64,000 nt of DNA, taken from assembly GCF_009914755.1 (NCBI RefSeq), contig NC_060946.1. One strand, 5' to 3'. Below the pieces are notes generated by a model, which saw nothing but the letters and a program-made list of their open reading frames with translations, was not told the origin of the DNA and ran no database searches. Shown piece after piece: positions 1 to 19,490 of this stretch; the stretch's first letter is position 1, and each line of letters begins with the position of its first letter. Both the position numbers and the translations under genes were made by a program. Origin of the DNA: the human T2T-CHM13v2.0 reference genome, Homo sapiens.

Positions 1-409
1 GTAGAATGTTTGGAAAGATCAGGAAAATCTAAAGAAGAAAATAATTCCTCAAATCTTAACTCCCTGAAGCCCTTATTCTCATCCTTTTTGGATTTATGAT
101 TCCAGTCTTTTTTCTTTTGGTACATTTTTTACAGATTTAGAATATTCAATATTCACAATATTGTTTGTATCTTTTCTTCTCAATTTACTAACTCTGTTCC
201 CACTTCAAGGTACTGTTCATTCTCAGCTCGCCTTTGAAATAACCTGCTGACCCCAAGCAGAACAGAAGATAAGCACTAGGCTTGTCCCACCTCAGACTGA
301 ACGGGAACTTGCTTGACTCATTGGTGGGTTTATATATGGGGCAATGGAAGGCAAAACACCAGAGAGTGGACACATTAGGATGAAATGTGTATGTTGTGTT
401 AGAGTCTCT

Positions 410-600
410 GCAACTTGACTTACTAGTTTCGTGATGCTGGAAAACGTTTTCTAAATATTCCACATCTCAGTTTCTTCTATTGTAAAATAGGGATAATTAC
501 ATCAACCTCTGCAAGTGTGGTGTAGATTAAAAGACTCAATGCTCATAGCTTCCTCAGCCACATAGTACACACTCAGTTAATGGTGATTCAATAACTTTCT
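410..600 (+). mobile_element. MIR SINE, degraded
   Basis: MIR core-like 'tctcagtttcttctattgtaaaatagggataatt...gtagattaaaagactcaatgc'. Confidence 0.7.
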
Positions 601-629
601 TTATCTGTATAAGACATCTGAGTTTTCCT

Positions 630-1198
630 ACGATGGACCCATTCCCCTTCTCTTTATTACAGTGTCCAATATTTTAGGAAAGCACTTCCAGCCTACTCAG
701 TCATTGTGTCATAGGTAGCTGATATAACCCCTAGCCCCAGGGAAAGGTACCTACTCCCAGCTCAGTCACTGATAACATGATCTCTCTTTTACCACGATTG
801 GTTCAGGATGGGCCTGTAACCCAATCTGAAAATCAGTGAGATACAGTTATAGAACTTCTGTATGACTTCTGGAACAGAGAATTTCTCTTTCTATTTGCCT
901 AGAAGCTTGGATCATGTAAGCATGGAGCTTCCAGGAGCTTCTGCACTCTGGCCCTGCTGCTTCTACCAGTGTGGTGAGGACATGGCTGATAATTAAGCAA
1001 ATGCAATAAAGACCAGAGTTAAGGCATAGAAACTGATCCTGTCAACATTGTCTGACTAACTGGATCTAGCCTTACTTAAAACTAAATACAAATCTTTTCC
1101 TTTGAATGAACCACAAACAGCCACTCCTCGACCCCTTTTTAAATGCTGGCTTGAGTTGGGCTGTATTATTTGCAATCAAAAGAGATTTGATCAAGACA
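630..1198 (+). mobile_element. MLT1 (J/K-like) MaLR solo LTR
   Basis: 'gattggttcaggatgggcctgtaacccaatc' and 3' end 'ttgcaatcaaaagagatttgatcaagaca' resemble old MLT1 LTRs. Confidence 0.6.
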
Positions 1199-2025
1199 CT
1201 TTTCTGGCTTCTACTTTTCAAAATTTGAAGGTTCTATGAATCCTTCCTCAGAGCACATTAATTTGTGTCAAGAATGGTCCATTCAGGTGCATTAGGGCCA
1301 AGCGGTTAATATTTACTGAGAGTACCTTCCAGCCTGGGGCTGGATGCAAATCTTCACCAAAATGGAGACAGACACACAGGGTGCTTGAAAAAGCACAATG
1401 TGAATTAACATCAGCCACCCTGTACTGCTTGATCTGAAGGCTGAGGTAGCAAAAGTTAATGAAGACCAACATGTAGTTTGACTTCTCTTACTATTTATTC
1501 CTAACTAGTATTGAAGGAATCTTTTTATTTTTTTAAATCACGTATTCTTTTTCAATTCTAAATCTTTCCCTTTCTCTCTCTTTTGCTTTAAGGAAACCCA
1601 GCTACTATGCACACCTCTTCTGTTTCACTCTTTTTATTATTGTGGTAAGGACATTTAACATGAAATCTAGCCTTTTAACAAATTTTTAAATGGACAAGAT
1701 CATATCATTACCTACAGGCATGATGTTGTACAGCAGATCTCTGGAACATAGTCATCTTGCAAAACTGAAACTGAATCTGTTGAATAGCAATTACCTATTT
1801 CCTTTTTCTTCTAGACTCTGGAAACCAAAATTCTACTTTATGGTACTATAAATTTGACTATTTTGGATATTTCATATAAGTGGAAAAATGCAATATTTGC
1901 TCTTCTGTGACTGGCTTATTTCACTTAGCATAATGTCTTCCAGGTTCATCCACATTGATGAATATTGCAGGGTTTCTTCTTTTTCAAGGCTGAACAATAT
2001 TCCATTATATGTATATGTAAATAAA

Positions 2026-2026
<1 letters not shown>

Positions 2027-2072
<46 letters not shown>
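2027..2072. repeat. (CA)23 microsatellite
   Basis: Perfect CA run of 46 bp. Confidence 0.98.
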
Positions 2073-2073
<1 letters not shown>

Positions 2074-2542
2074 TTATTACATTTTCTTTATCCATCTTTT
2101 ATCCATCAATGAACATTTAGGTTGTTTCCACATCTTGGCTCTTGCAAATAATGCTGCAATGAATGTGGGAGTGTAAACATCTCTTTGAGAACCTGATTTC
2201 AATTCTTTTGGATGAATACCTAGAAATGGAATTGCTGGAATATGGTATTCTATGTTTAGCTTTTTGAGAAACCTTCATGCTGTTTTCCATAGCAGCTGAA
2301 ACATTTTGCATTCCCACTAACAATATACAAAAGTCTCATTTCTCCATGTCTTTGCCAACACTTGCTACCTTTTACCTTTTGTTTGTTTGTTTTTTTGAAA
2401 ACGGCCATTGTAACAAGTGTAAGTTGATATCTTATATGGTTTTGATTTGTATTTCCTTGATGGTTAGTGATGATAAACATCTTTTCATATACCTCTTGGT
2501 CATCTGTATGTCATTGGACAAATGTCTATTGAAGTTCTTTGT

Positions 2543-2853
2543 TCTTTTTTTTGTTCGTTGGTTGGTTTTTGAGACGAAGTCTCACTCTGTCACCCAGGCT
2601 GGTGTGCAGTGGCTCAATCTCAGCTCACTACAGCCTCCACTTCCTGGGTTCAAGCGATTCTCCTGCCTCAGCCTCCTGAGTAGCTGGGATTAGAGGTGCC
2701 TGCAACCATGCCTGGCTAATTTTTTGTATTTTTAGTAGAGATGGGGTTTCGCCATGTTGGCCAGGCTGGTCTCAAACTCCTGACCTCAGGTAATCCACCC
2801 GCCTTGGCCTCCCAAAGTGCTGAGATTACAGGCATGAGCCACTGTGCCCAGCC
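2543..2853 (-). mobile_element. AluS (Sx-like), inserted in L1
   Basis: Full dimer antisense; TSD-like tctttgttc/tctttgctc. Confidence 0.95.
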
Positions 2854-3296
2854 TCTTTGCTCATTTTTAATTGGGTTATTTGTTTGCTTTTGTTATTGAC
2901 TTATAGAAGTTCCTTACATAGTTTGGAAATTAACTTCTTAGCAGATATATGGTTTGCATTGCAAATATTTTCTTCCATCCCTTAGGTTGCCTTTCACTCT
3001 ATTAATTGTTTGCTTTCCTGTGTAGAAGCTTTTTAGTTTGATGTAGTACCACTTGTTAACTTTTGCTTTTGTTGCCAGTGCTTTTGGTATCATATTTAAG
3101 AAATCACTGCGAAGACCAATGCCATAAAGCTTTTCCCCTATGTTTTCTTGCAGGAGTTTTGAACTTTCAGGTCTTATCTTTAAGTCTTTAATTCATTTTA
3201 AGTTGACTCCTGTGTGTGGAGTAAGAAAAAAGCAGGGTTTTTTCAACAGCATTTGTTGAAGAGACTATCTTTTCTTTCCCCATTGTGTATTCTTAG

Positions 3297-4540
<1,244 letters not shown>

Positions 4541-4634
4541 TGTCATTTTTAATCTTGTCTTCTTCTAATTAGAACAGAGGTGCTTAGAGAAATGAGATAT
4601 AATTTTATTTGTTGTGGTAAAGCCCTGTGATTTC

Positions 4635-4656
4635 ATATATATATATATATATATAT
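4635..4656. repeat. (AT)n microsatellite
   Basis: Perfect AT dinucleotide run. Confidence 0.9.
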
Positions 4657-4746
4657 AGTAGTTATATATTAGTTAGTGTTCATGGTTAGAGTGCTACTTA
4701 TATATTACTCTTAAGAATTCATTTCAACTATTCTGAAAAGGCCTTC

Positions 4747-4902
4747 TTTTTTTTTTTTTTTTGAGATGGGGTCTCGCTCTGTTGCCCAGGCTGGGGTGCA
4801 GTGGTACAATCTTGGCTCACTACGAGCTCCGCCTCCTGGGTTCACGCCAGTCTCCTGCCTCAGCCTCCCAAGTAGCTGGGACTTACAGGTGCCGGCCACC
4901 GC
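4747..4902 (-). mobile_element. AluY-like right monomer (5' truncated)
   Basis: Poly-T then 'gagctccgcctcctgggttcacgcc' (Y-type diagnostic positions). Confidence 0.85.
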
Positions 4903-5129
4903 AATTGACACAGTTCTGTCCACTTACATTGGATCACTGATATAATACACTTAAATATACAACTAAATAAAATAGAGGGGCTTTAAAATCTATTAAATCT
5001 ATTTTATATTGTAATTTAGGTATATGTCTATTTGGGGATGAATATTATTAATTATGAATGTTTTATTTGTGAATAACATGGAACGTAACCCAGGTTTAAA
5101 CAATACCCACTTTCTGCCCCTCCCATTTA

Positions 5130-5525
5130 GAAGTGTGTTGTTGGTTCAGCTGCTGTGTAATACAGTCAAAGACTATGTGTCTTTTAATCTTTCTGTTCTA
5201 CTATCCTTAGCAGGCTTGCTTTGCCTATTCATACTTATTACCTAATAAATGCAAAATGGTTGCTGAAGCTCCAGATGCCACATCTGTGTCCAAGGGGAAA
5301 GAAGGAGGAAGGAAGAGCTCCAGCAATCCGTCCCTTTAATCAGGAAAGCAAAACTTTTCTGAAAACTTTTCACCTATTTCAAAAAAGCAGGGTCATATGG
5401 CAAAGAGAAGAACAATCATGATTCATCACTTGGGGATGGGCATGTGGCTACCCAGAATAAAATTGAGTTCTGTTAGAAAAAAAGGAATGGTGGAGGGGGC
5501 TGCTGAGTAAGCAACTAACAGTGCT
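5130..5525 (-). mobile_element. Old MLT1 (L/N-like) LTR
   Basis: 'caaaatggttgctgaagctccagatgccacatctgtgtcc' and 'gagtaagcaactaacagtg' are typical of antisense old MLT1. Confidence 0.55.
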
Positions 5526-6629
5526 TTGTGTGCCCACTTTTGAATAAATAAGTTTCATTTTTACAGGCTAAAAGGCATACATATGTCTATGTATGTTCTT
5601 ATATATATTCCTAAATATCAATATAAGCATCAATATTTAGAAATGAATTAACATAGGTAAAGTGTTTAGAATAGTGCCTATTAGGTGCCATAGAAAGATT
5701 TGCTATCATTATTTTTACTGTTAGGTGTCTATATATTTATATGTGTTTTACAGACAGTTTCTAAAAGTACTTCCTTTCCTCTTCACAATGATTACAACAT
5801 CTGTTCTTTTTAACTCTAGGGGTACAAGCTGGAAAAGGGGAAAATGAATCATGCTACAGGCCAAGTGTCCATCACTGATTCCCAGAGATGCCCTTTGTGT
5901 GGTAGGCACTTCCATGTGGACTCGCTACAGAGGTACGTGCATAGGTCCAAGATAGGCGTCCCTCAGCTCATGGCCTATATTCCAGCTTGTAGACTTTTGC
6001 TAAGGATGACCCCTCACCAGTAACCAGCTCTGGTCCCAAGCTCCTGGCTGCAGTCTTTAGTGTCCACAAACCCACAGAGGCTCATCATCCTCAACTGTGG
6101 GAGTGCACCTTTTCCTGCTGGTTCCTCCTCGTTGCCCTGGCATTTCTCCAAATGTTGTTCTCCCTCTGCTCAAATAGGCATGGAGCAGGGGCAGATCAGA
6201 AAGTATGATGTCCAGCCATCCTCCAACCAAAGAACAAAGTGCTAGACTATCATCATTGCACGTACCCCCAGTCTCTACTGGGGATGCCTAAGAGTCTTCC
6301 TTTCATGTTGTGAAATGAGGAGTGACTCTTCTGCTCCCATTGTGGGGAGGAAGGGAATAAATAGACCCCCACACATGTCATTGTCCTGCTGATATCCTAG
6401 AATTCCATCTCTTCCTCCAGTCATTCATCTACTTATATAGAATGAAGGTTTGGGGGTTTTAGCCTCCCCTTGATACCCTGAAGGGGGTGTGTGTGGCCTC
6501 CTAATACTCTCATTTTCCTTTAGAATGTGGGTGACTAGAGGCTACTTTGCCATTTGCTTTGAGTTTTAGTAGCTAATTCTGGGTTAACAGTGAAAGTCCT
6601 ATTTGATATCCTGCTACTCTTGTTACTTT

Positions 6630-7110
6630 AACCTAATTAGATATTATATAAGTTGATAAAATGTGCATGTACGAGGAAATAGAGCAGTGTCTCCAAGAAA
6701 CTAAGTGAAATTAGTTGGAGAAGCTTGAAAAAGCTAAGTTATTTAAAAATGCTGTGCCATCAGATGTATGTGAGGTAATACTAAGCAGTTGGAAAACAAT
6801 GGTAAAATGGGAAGTGATTGTTCACTCAGATTGCTTCATGTGTTTCTTGACATCCTCATCCCATTTTGAAAGATTTTAAACTAGAATTGAAATGTAAAGG
6901 AGGTTCATAAAAGAAGATCGGGATATCCAATTTGCAGGCCCTGGCTCAAAGAACGGTGTGGGCCCTATGGTAAAAGGCAAACAAATATGCAGTCATATGT
7001 TTTAGGTTGAAACAAAAGCTTTAGGGTATGTATATTTCATTTTTAAAAGATTTCTCTAACCATCTTTTCTACTAGCTGTTTCTAATCATTCTGGATAACA
7101 GGGCTTTAAT
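6630..7110 (+). mobile_element. Tigger (TcMar) transposase-derived remnant
   Basis: 'cactcagattgcttcatgtgtttctt...ctcaaagaacggtgtgggccctat' resembles recalled old Tigger consensus. Confidence 0.45.
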
Positions 7111-7398
7111 AGCAGCTCATAGTACCAGCTGCCAGCCTCCAGGTGCCCTTGCAGACAATCTCCCAGCCAGGGAAGAATGTGGAGCAGACTCCCATCTTTC
7201 TCACCAAGCCCCCTTCCCTCCTACTCTCCTTCTTTCTTAGACTATCATTATTCCCTAGCAATTATCGAGTTTTCAGCCTCCTTTTGTATCTCAGGATTCC
7301 TGCATCTGCTTCTGTTGCTGGGTGGAGGAGATGGAAAACTGCAAAGGCGAAGTGGCATAGGGGGAAGACTTGAGAACCATCTGCCTTGGGTTCCTTCT

Positions 7399-7713
<315 letters not shown>

Positions 7714-8537
7714 ACTGCCTTGACTTTTTATTCCAGTTTTCTTCAACAGCCTGGAGTAGTAAAACGTAACTGGGTATCTATTCCTGTGAGGGTTAATACT
7801 GCACCAATAATCCTCACCCAGGCTTATAAGGCTAGTTTACCACACTACCGTAATCTTTTAATTGACAAGCATGCCTGTCCTGTGTCTCTTTCCTACCACA
7901 CACAGACCCTTTCTATGAATATTGAATGCACAGTTATGCTTTTGAAGTCATTAGCTTTTATCTTCTTACCAGAAGGAATAGGGAGACAGAGAATCCTGCT
8001 ACCTATCTACCTACTTACCTAGCTATGTACTCATATCTGTTTGTCTATCTACCTGTTCATCTTCCATAAAATGTTGTGCCTGGCACATAGTGAAGTTCTG
8101 ATAAATGCATATTATTGTTACTCTCCATGGTGAATGTTGTAATGTCCAGTAGCTGATGATTTGATTCAATCTGCAATTGCTGCTTTGTAGTTTTGTCCTT
8201 TGGCCAACCTCTACTTCTGATGTCTTCCTTTGCTTGAGTCCGTGTCTTTCCTAATTTATTCCCCAACTCCAGGCCTGTTCTGATTTCTGATATCCAAAAA
8301 TTTTCTTTTTTCCTGGCCTTGGGTCCTCCTAGAAAGGAATGGAGAGCTTGATTCCTCTGCTTTACCCTGAATATGGACACACAAAAAATAACAAACACAA
8401 CTGCCCTTTCTGCCTCCTTCTTCCATTCTTCTGGTTTCTAGCCCAAAAAGATTTTGAGACAAACTGTGGATTTTTAAAACTTCCTAAAATAAAAAAGGCA
8501 ACCCATATATCTGTGGCACGTATTAATAATAGCATCT

Positions 8538-8871
<334 letters not shown>

Positions 8872-9289
8872 AATAGCATCCACCTAGGGTGGATATTGGA
8901 CCATGCTTGGAAGTAGTGGTGGTGATACTTACAGCAGGAAGTTGAAAGCAGCTTCTATCCCATTACTCCATTTTCTTCAACAGCCCGGAACACCCAGCTC
9001 TTGGTTCACCGAGTCTGTAAATATTTTCTGTCTAATTCCCTGCTGGATCCATTTTGTCTTTTCAAGGCTGCTTCTTTGTCAGAAGTTTTGCAGGCTTCAA
9101 AGAGCAGAGATGGTGTATGTTTTAGGTTTCAGTGGCATCTGCTGCCAGGACCAGCCTTAACTACAGTGTGAGTACTCAGCGGCTTTCCCAATTCCTGGGA
9201 TGTGCCAGGTGCTAATCTCCACACTATTAAAGAAATAAGGGAGGGTACCCACCTCTACCTGATGCAGCACAAATGACTTCACAAGACTC

Positions 9290-9790
9290 ACAAGTTCCTG
9301 CATGCTCTGGCACCTGCCTACCTTTCCATCTTCATCTCTCAACACTCCTCATTCCGCTCCCTCTAGCCCTAGTTCCCTGCTCATTGCACTGCACTCCAGC
9401 AACAAAGAGTTTTTTGCAGGTCCCAGGACAAGCCTCACTGTCTCTTACCTTAGGGTCCTCCCTTTGCCTAGAATGCTCTCCTCTCTTCTACCATACCTTC
9501 TCATCCCATTCTCAGTCTTCCAAAAACTCTTACTTACTATTCAAGTCTCAATTTAGACGTTGCTTTTCCCATAAATCTTTCTCTGTACCTCAAAGACTTA
9601 AACACCTGCCAAGGAGTCGTGCTTTGTGCAAAGCACTTTTCACAGCATCACATGGGATTCAATTATCTTTTCACTTATTGATCTCTGTCATTTCCATGAA
9701 ATTAGGAACGATGTTAGCCATTATATCGCCACGGCACATGTCAGTAGCACAATAAAAATTCATGCAATAATTCACTGTGAATAAATGAGA
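9290..9790. mobile_element. L2 fragment
   Basis: 'ctgcactccagc...cctttgcctagaatgctctc...ttcaagtctcaattt...gtgaataaatga' match L2 3' region motifs. Confidence 0.6.
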
Positions 9791-10784
9791 AGCTACAACT
9801 AAACCTGAACAAGGCTTATGCTAGGTATCCACCCCAATTTAGATCCAACTCAGGAGACTGGTGCCAACCTAGTGCCCAGGAGAGGACTTTAAAAATCTGT
9901 GCAGAGGGCACTTTTCAGCTTCCGTGAGGCTGTTCATGCAAAGAGAGGTTGCTTTTAAGAGACCACTTACCCATCCAAAAAAGGGGTCCGGAGCCAGGGA
10001 AGAAGCAAGTGCCGTAAGGGAGACCACTGCCTGGATTTAGCACTGTAATGGGAGGAGAGGCAGAGAAACAGACCTCATCCCTACAGGGGTATTAGGCTTC
10101 GAGACAGCATATTTTAGGGAATTAAGAAATCTAATCAGCCTGGTGCACTAAGAGGGAATCTGCAAACTCCCGGGTGTGGAAGAAAGCCGAAGTATCCTCG
10201 GGGAGATCCTAATTAAAGCGCAGCCGATTACAATTCCTCTGAAAAAAGAAAATGAAAGGACTGAGAAACATCTGCTGTGGTTTCATGAAGGGACTGCTCA
10301 AGGATGCAGAGTGTGAGAAAAAGAAATTCTTGACAGCATGGATGAGGCACAGAGCATGTTTGTTCTCCATTGGGCAAAGCTGGTGGGGGATGGGGCCTGA
10401 CAACACAAAGGCGGGGGTTTAGGATTGTTTTAGACTATAGGGCAAAATAGAAGAGACCAAGGTTTGGTGGACATGAGAGGGAAAGGAGGCGTATCCTTCT
10501 CGTCCCTGTGCAGACAAGAATGACCCAGTGACCCTGCTGAGCTCTCTCCAGTTTGCCTAGCAACCTGCGAGCTGGGCCTGAGGGCCCCTCGTCTGATAGG
10601 AGAGGCTATGCACGACCTCCACTTCCCAAGGTCTCCAGGTGCTGGAGATCTCCAAGTGATCATCCCTAGTGATCCTCAGAGCACCTTGAAATACCTAGGC
10701 TTTGTCTGCTTGGTTCCAGAGTCTGAGATGTGTATTTCTTTCTGCAAGGCCGCTTTCGTGCTCATCCCATATAAAGGCAGAACA

Positions 10785-11072
<288 letters not shown>

Positions 11073-11589
11073 GATGATTGTCCCAGGCCTTATCCCTGAA
11101 AAATCTCCAAAAAGAAGAAGTTCAGATCTGATTAGAGTAAGTGCTCACATATCTTAGATGTAATCCTGGAATTGCTGAGCTAGAAGAGAGCTCAGATGTC
11201 ATACAGCCCAATCTCCTGCAAATACAGGAACAGAAAAATGTAAAAGCCCAGGTAAGATTTAAACACAATTTTAGGCAACAGTCATGTCAGAATTTTCAAA
11301 GGATGGTACAGGAAACACATGCTATTGCTATGCAGAGGAGAAAGTGCTGACCATGGCCTGGGGAGAGTCCACAAAACCTTTGGGAAGCAGTAGGGATTAG
11401 TGTAGGTCCTGAAGCCCAAATTTCAAAGGTGAACAGCAGCCAGAAGTCCTCTGAGAAAGACAAAGGCAGGGCAGGACAACTCTGAGTACTGCCTGAAGAA
11501 CGCCCTTAGACAGTGGTACTCAGAAACATGAATGGAGCTTACCTCAATGGTGTGCTTATATCTCCAAATGTTCCAGTAATCTGATTCTA

Positions 11590-12030
11590 TATAAGTACCC
11601 CAAGATGTAGTAGCCTAGACTAACTACCATTTTACGATATCTCATGACTTCATTGGTCAGGGATTGAGACAGGGCTCAGCTGGATGATTCTTCTACTCCA
11701 TACTGCATCAACTTGAGTCACTCATGGTATTCACATGGTAGCTGGTCTGGGCTGCAGGATACAAGATGGCTTGTTCACGTGCCTGGTGCCTTGATGGGGA
11801 TGGCTGGAAGGTTTGACTTAGTCAGGCACTCTCCTTTTCCATGTAGTCTCAGGGCCTCTCCACAGAGCAGTCTGACTTCTTACATAGCTGCTCAGGGTTT
11901 CCAAGAAACCCAAGCAGAAGCTATAAGATTTCTTATGTCCTAGCTTCAGAACTTCCCCAATGTCATTTCTGTCAAATTCTATTTGTCAAGTAAGTCACTA
12001 AGACCAGTAGAGATTCAATTAGACCCTCCC
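11590..12030 (-). mobile_element. MLT1 (F/G-like) LTR
   Basis: 'cagggctcagctggatgattcttct', 'caagatggcttgttcacgtgcctggtgcc', 'gacttcttacatagctgctcaggg'. Confidence 0.7.
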
Positions 12031-12261
12031 CTCAAGCATCCATTTCCACAACAAATATTTCTAAATTTCCTATTCCATGCCAAGCCTTTGCTTGCTACTA
12101 CTAAGGTTGCAAAAATGAATCATTCATGTTCCTAATCTGGAGAAATTCATGATCTAATTGTGGAGGCCGTTATATATTTTTAATGTCCATATCATGTGAT
12201 AAGAACTAATAAAAGTGGGGACTAAATGGCAAAAGAGTATAGAGAAAATGTAGCCTATCTT

Positions 12262-12483
12262 AGAATTGGACGAACTAAGTCCTGTGGGCTGAATCCAGTC
12301 TGCAGCCTGTTTTTATGAATAAAGTTTTATTGGAACAAAGCCATGCTTATTTATTTACATATTGTCTGTGCCTGCTTTGGCACTATAATGGCAGAATTGA
12401 GTAGTTGCAACAGAGACTATATTACCTGCAAAGCCTAAAATATTTACTCTCTGGTCTTTGACAGAAAAAGCTTGTTGACTCTG
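12262..12483 (+). mobile_element. MER58A (hAT-Charlie)
   Basis: 'gcctgtttttatgaataaagttttattggaacaaagccatgc...gcctaaaatatttactctctgg'. Confidence 0.85.
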
Positions 12484-12829
12484 GATCTACCTAGGTATGG
12501 CTGAATTCCAGGAACTGTAAATCCAAATTTGGGACAATTGTTCAGAATTTGTTAGTGTATTTGGATACTGACATTTCTCCTAGATTTATTTCATTTTCTA
12601 CCTGGATTTTCTCTTTATTTTTATTTTAAAATATATTTTACTTTCCTTATATTATGTGTGTTTAATAATATTTTATCATATAAAATTGTATTTATCCGGA
12701 ACCTTCTATATGCAAACTTTGTACTAGACCTTGCTTGTGAAAAACTTACAATCTAGTAGTGGAAAATTCAAGTATCAATTATTAAACAAAACACCAGGCA
12801 GAAGTATGAAAAAGGAACAAGGTTAAGAC

Positions 12830-12990
12830 CAACTATATGCCAGTCTTTGCATATTCATTTAAATTCTACAGTAACTTTATGAGCTATATATTATGAGACC
12901 ATTTTATAAATGTGGAAACTAAGGCCCAGAGAAATAAACTTACTCAACCCAAGGATAGCTAATAGGTGGTATAACTGAAATTTAGTTAGA
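12830..12990 (-). mobile_element. MIR
   Basis: 'ccattttataaatgtggaaactaaggcccagaga'. Confidence 0.7.
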
Positions 12991-13029
12991 AATTTACCAT
13001 TTGGCCTATCTATTTATTCTATTACTATA

Positions 13030-16057
<3,028 letters not shown>

Positions 16058-16189
16058 ACCTCTTTGTCTTTAAATTCACTCTTTGTGGCACCTTGGAATT
16101 ATCTTTTATTGCAATAAAATACGTCCCCATTTTTATTTTTGTTGTCATTACCCTTAACACTTCTATCTGAGTAGCAGTGAAGCATCATC

Positions 16190-16430
16190 ATTATGAGGAC
16201 AGTCTCTTAAGCTGGACTTCCAGGCTGTCCTGGCTCCACAACTCTCTAGTTGTAACATCTTGGACAAGAAATTTAACCTCCATGTGCCTTACATCTCTTC
16301 ATTGATCAGACAGGCATAATAACCATGCCTGCCTCTTAGAGCTTCTGTGAGGATTCAATGAGTCAATCCACATAAAGCACTTAGAATAGTCCCTGGCATG
16401 TGATCTGTGTGATCTGAGCATTAACTAGTA
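16190..16430 (+). mobile_element. MIR
   Basis: 'ttggacaagaaatttaacctccatgtgcct...taaagcacttagaatagtccctggca'. Confidence 0.75.
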
Positions 16431-16673
16431 TCAACAGGGTGTATTTAGACCAAGAAACTTTCTGTTTCAGCTCAGGCTTTCCCAGGTGGACCTCCCTCCC
16501 TCCAACTCCAGGTTCTTTCCATTACACCATGAGGTCTACCCAGGGATAGGAGAGGGGTTAAGTCAGGAAATGTGTGAGCTTTGGTGGGGTATGACTGAGA
16601 TCTGCTTCTTAAATTTGAGACATAAGGTAGAGGCTTGATTGTTGAATGATAAGGCTAAATTCTACTTCATATG

Positions 16674-17699
<1,026 letters not shown>

Positions 17700-17976
17700 T
17701 TAATTGACCACAAATTAGAGGGAGGGCAGAGCCTGAATAGCTCAGTACTTATGTCCTTGTGTCCTTGGTGGAGACTAGCACAGTGCCTCATCTCTATTTA
17801 ATATTTGATTGACAAGTACTCTTATTAAACACAATTTGAATCTTTTCCTCTTTTCTAGGAGACAGATGAATTTCTATCTATACTCAGTATGCTTAAGATT
17901 TACTAGAACACAGGCACAACTAGATAAACTGTCCTGTGAAATTCACCTGAATGTGATAAAGAACTCTGCTACTCAG

Positions 17977-18611
17977 TGGTAGGGCTCAAAAAGCAGTACC
18001 ACACAATGAAAGTCTCAGAAGCAAACATTTTTCTGTGACTTTCTCCCACCCTCCTGCCTCTGACTCCTCATTCTTCCCTGAGATGACCCATAGAAACTAG
18101 AATCTCTCTTCCCCAAGGCAGGACATAGAAACCAGAACTTTTTCCTCAAAGCCAGCCATAAAACCTAAAAATAGTATTATAACTTCCCTCTACCTTTCTG
18201 TGTAAAAATTGGCTGTAAAGAAATTATCTGGCTTATCTTGTTTGGTTGTAGGTCATAAGACCCTAATTCCAGAGGGCCCTACCCTATAACCAGAAGGAAG
18301 AACTATTGCACAGAGAATCTAAGAAGAATCTAGACAGACAGCCCTCGCTGGATTTCTCCACTCTGTTAGCATTCGATCATTTGCCTTTTGTCCAGTCATA
18401 TTTCTGCATGGCTGTCCATACTTTGTTGAACCTAAGCACAAAATGGAAAGTTTTCCCTGTATCTTTGGGTCGTCATTCTGAAGGCTCCCATGTTATGTAA
18501 AACTATGATCAAATAAATATGCATGCCTTTTCTCCTATAAGTCTGCCTTTTGTCAGTGATTTTCAGTGAACCTTCAGAGAGTGAAGGGGAAGTTTTCCCT
18601 TGGCCCCTATA
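17977..18611 (+). mobile_element. MER39-like ERV1 solo LTR
   Basis: 'ccatagaaactagaatctctcttccccaaggc...agccagccataaaacctaaaaat'; 4-bp TSD tcag on both sides. Confidence 0.8.
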
Positions 18612-18795
18612 TCAGTTTCCTCAATACCTGCCATGCAGAAAATCTAAACTAAGATGTGCCAAACAACAAGGTATCCAGTTGGTAGAAGAGCTCTTACTGA
18701 GTGACACTAGGGAGTTGTTGGGTAAAGATCTATTTCAGACTTTCAATTAATTATCTGAAAGCAGGATTCAGGAGTGTGAAGGGAGACTTGTGGCG

Positions 18796-19364
18796 TATTC
18801 CACCAGGGGGGGACAGTAAATGCTGCCCAAGAAGAATGGCGCAAAAGGGGATGGAGCATGGGTGGGGCTGACAGGGAGCCAGGGAAGTAAGGCAGCTGCC
18901 TTCTACCAGCTGTGGTCAACATGTGGCTCATGAAGGATGAGTACTCAATGGGGTGGAGTCCTGTTTCCTGAGATATGTTGTCCAGCAGTTGGTCCCAGCT
19001 CTTTGAACAGATTCCATGTGATACCCTCTCCCTGTTTCCATGGTACCTGCCTCACTCATACTCAAAACAGCATCACCTAGTGTTAAAGGGCAAGTTCTCT
19101 GGAGTCAGGCAAACTGGGTTTCAATCACAGCTCTGTCGGTTTTCAGAAATATAATTTTGGATAAGCTACGACCTCTCTGATCCTCTCACTATACAAGGGT
19201 GATGATCACAGCCAGATGAGGTTCAGGCCAGTGAGGAGCCTAGTGAGCAAAATTTAAGGAGGCACTAACTCTCTAGGTTATATCAGTGCAGGGATACCAT
19301 AGGCATAACCCTGAGAAAGAGTGGTTTCTTAAATGTGTAGCCTTGGGCATCACACCTGCCTCAT
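18796..19364 (+). repeat. Inverted duplication arm A2 (donor)
   Basis: Homologous to the reverse complement of 16674-17239; the host MIR and MER91A continue past the arm end here. Confidence 0.95.
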
Positions 19365-19490
19365 TCTAGTGGAGGAGTGACTGGTGATGATTATGTCTAC
19401 CTCATAGAGTTGAGATGAGAATGAGATAAAATCTCACAGGGAAAGTTAATTACAGAGTGCGTGATACATGGGAACTGTGAGTATTCAGGT
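19080..19490 (+). mobile_element. MIR interrupted by MER91A
   Basis: 'ctctggagtcaggcaaactgggtttcaatcacagctctg' then, after the insert, 'tctacctcatagagttgagatgagaat'. Confidence 0.75.
19207..19383 (+). mobile_element. MER91A (hAT-Tip100 MITE)
   Basis: 'gcaaaatttaaggaggcact' core, CA...TG ends, 8-bp TSD gtgatgat (19199-19206 and 19384-19391). Confidence 0.8.

Noticed and set aside
8057-8398. 113-aa minus-strand ORF in apparently unique DNA
   Set aside because: No recognisable domain, no convincing splice or partner exons, and a non-ATG start.
9273-9755. 160-aa Ser/Leu-rich ORF
   Set aside because: Lies within pyrimidine-rich L2 sequence; a compositional artefact.
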